DNA of 64,000 bases from Candidatus Levyibacteriota bacterium. Its GTDB lineage: Bacteria > Patescibacteriota > Microgenomatia > Levybacterales > UBA12049. The position numbers and the translations under genes were made by a program. Below the pieces are notes generated by a model. It made no database searches. It was not told the origin of the DNA and was given only the letters and a program-made list of their open reading frames with translations. Shown piece after piece: positions 63,879 to 64,000 of this stretch; positions within the stretch are counted from its first letter, which is position 1; each line of letters opens with the position of its first letter. The DNA is taken from NCBI GenBank assembly GCA_038254115.1, contig JBBSGK010000004.1, positions 4,227-68,226 on the forward strand, in the 5' to 3' direction.

Positions 63879-64000
63879 TTATTTAGTGAATTTGAAGGTG
63901 GAGAGCATGAGGTCAATCTCATTTGTGGGACATGGGCCGCCTATTAAAGTATCAATTACATAATGGTAGTCATTTTTCGTAATAGTATAGAATTCCGATA
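63879..64000 (-). CDS. 3' end of a hypothetical protein entering from the right edge
   Basis: ...YHYVIDTLIGGPCPTNEIDLMLSTFKFTK*. Confidence 0.6.
   Translation of the reverse strand, partial: SEFYTITKNDYHYVIDTLIGGPCPTNEIDLMLSTFKFTK

Noticed and set aside
1-64000. Alternative genetic code (UGA=Gly) or a prophage/defence island
   Set aside because: Core genes such as nusG end at TGA and translate full length in code 11; no phage structural, integrase, restriction or cas genes were recognised.

Overview
A gene-dense bacterial chromosome segment in standard code 11 (TGA is used as stop). The gene set, repeat style and near-leaderless promoters suggest Patescibacteria/CPR, Microgenomates-like (inference, not a database result). 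The core scaffold is the ancestral cluster tRNA-Thr/Tyr/Thr-rpmG-tRNA-Trp-secE-nusG-rplK-rplA-rplJ-rplL on the minus strand, pulled apart by about 31 kb of other genes. Other core genes are rpmB, fmt-def, mreB-mreC-mreD-mrdA, dprA, topA, guaA, galU and ppcA. No integrase, transposase, CRISPR array or prophage is visible. The main unexplained pattern is about 24 single orphan genes or pairs wedged between core genes, many with their own sigma70 promoter and a charged E/R-rich N-terminus. At four loci (FMN reductase, a GNAT, mreB, mrdA) an orphan lies between the intact gene terminus and a second copy of that terminus. Three of these duplicates are diverged in frame with many synonymous changes, which suggests they are displaced alleles left by repeated gene-end-anchored acquisition of cassettes. 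Several cassettes carry domains for transcription or for pathways CPR usually lack (sigma70, alpha-CTD-like, FabH, chorismate mutase), making them candidate host-directed effectors. Also found: three or four hollowed-out mini-genes that keep only the N- and C-termini of a lost gene, a candidate 6S-like RNA with a near-consensus promoter, a DAG-kinase/PAP2/flippase lipid cluster, a PGRS-like Gly-rich surface protein, and short-period or palindromic repeats inserted in frame into core genes. All family calls come from motif recognition by eye; no searches were run.
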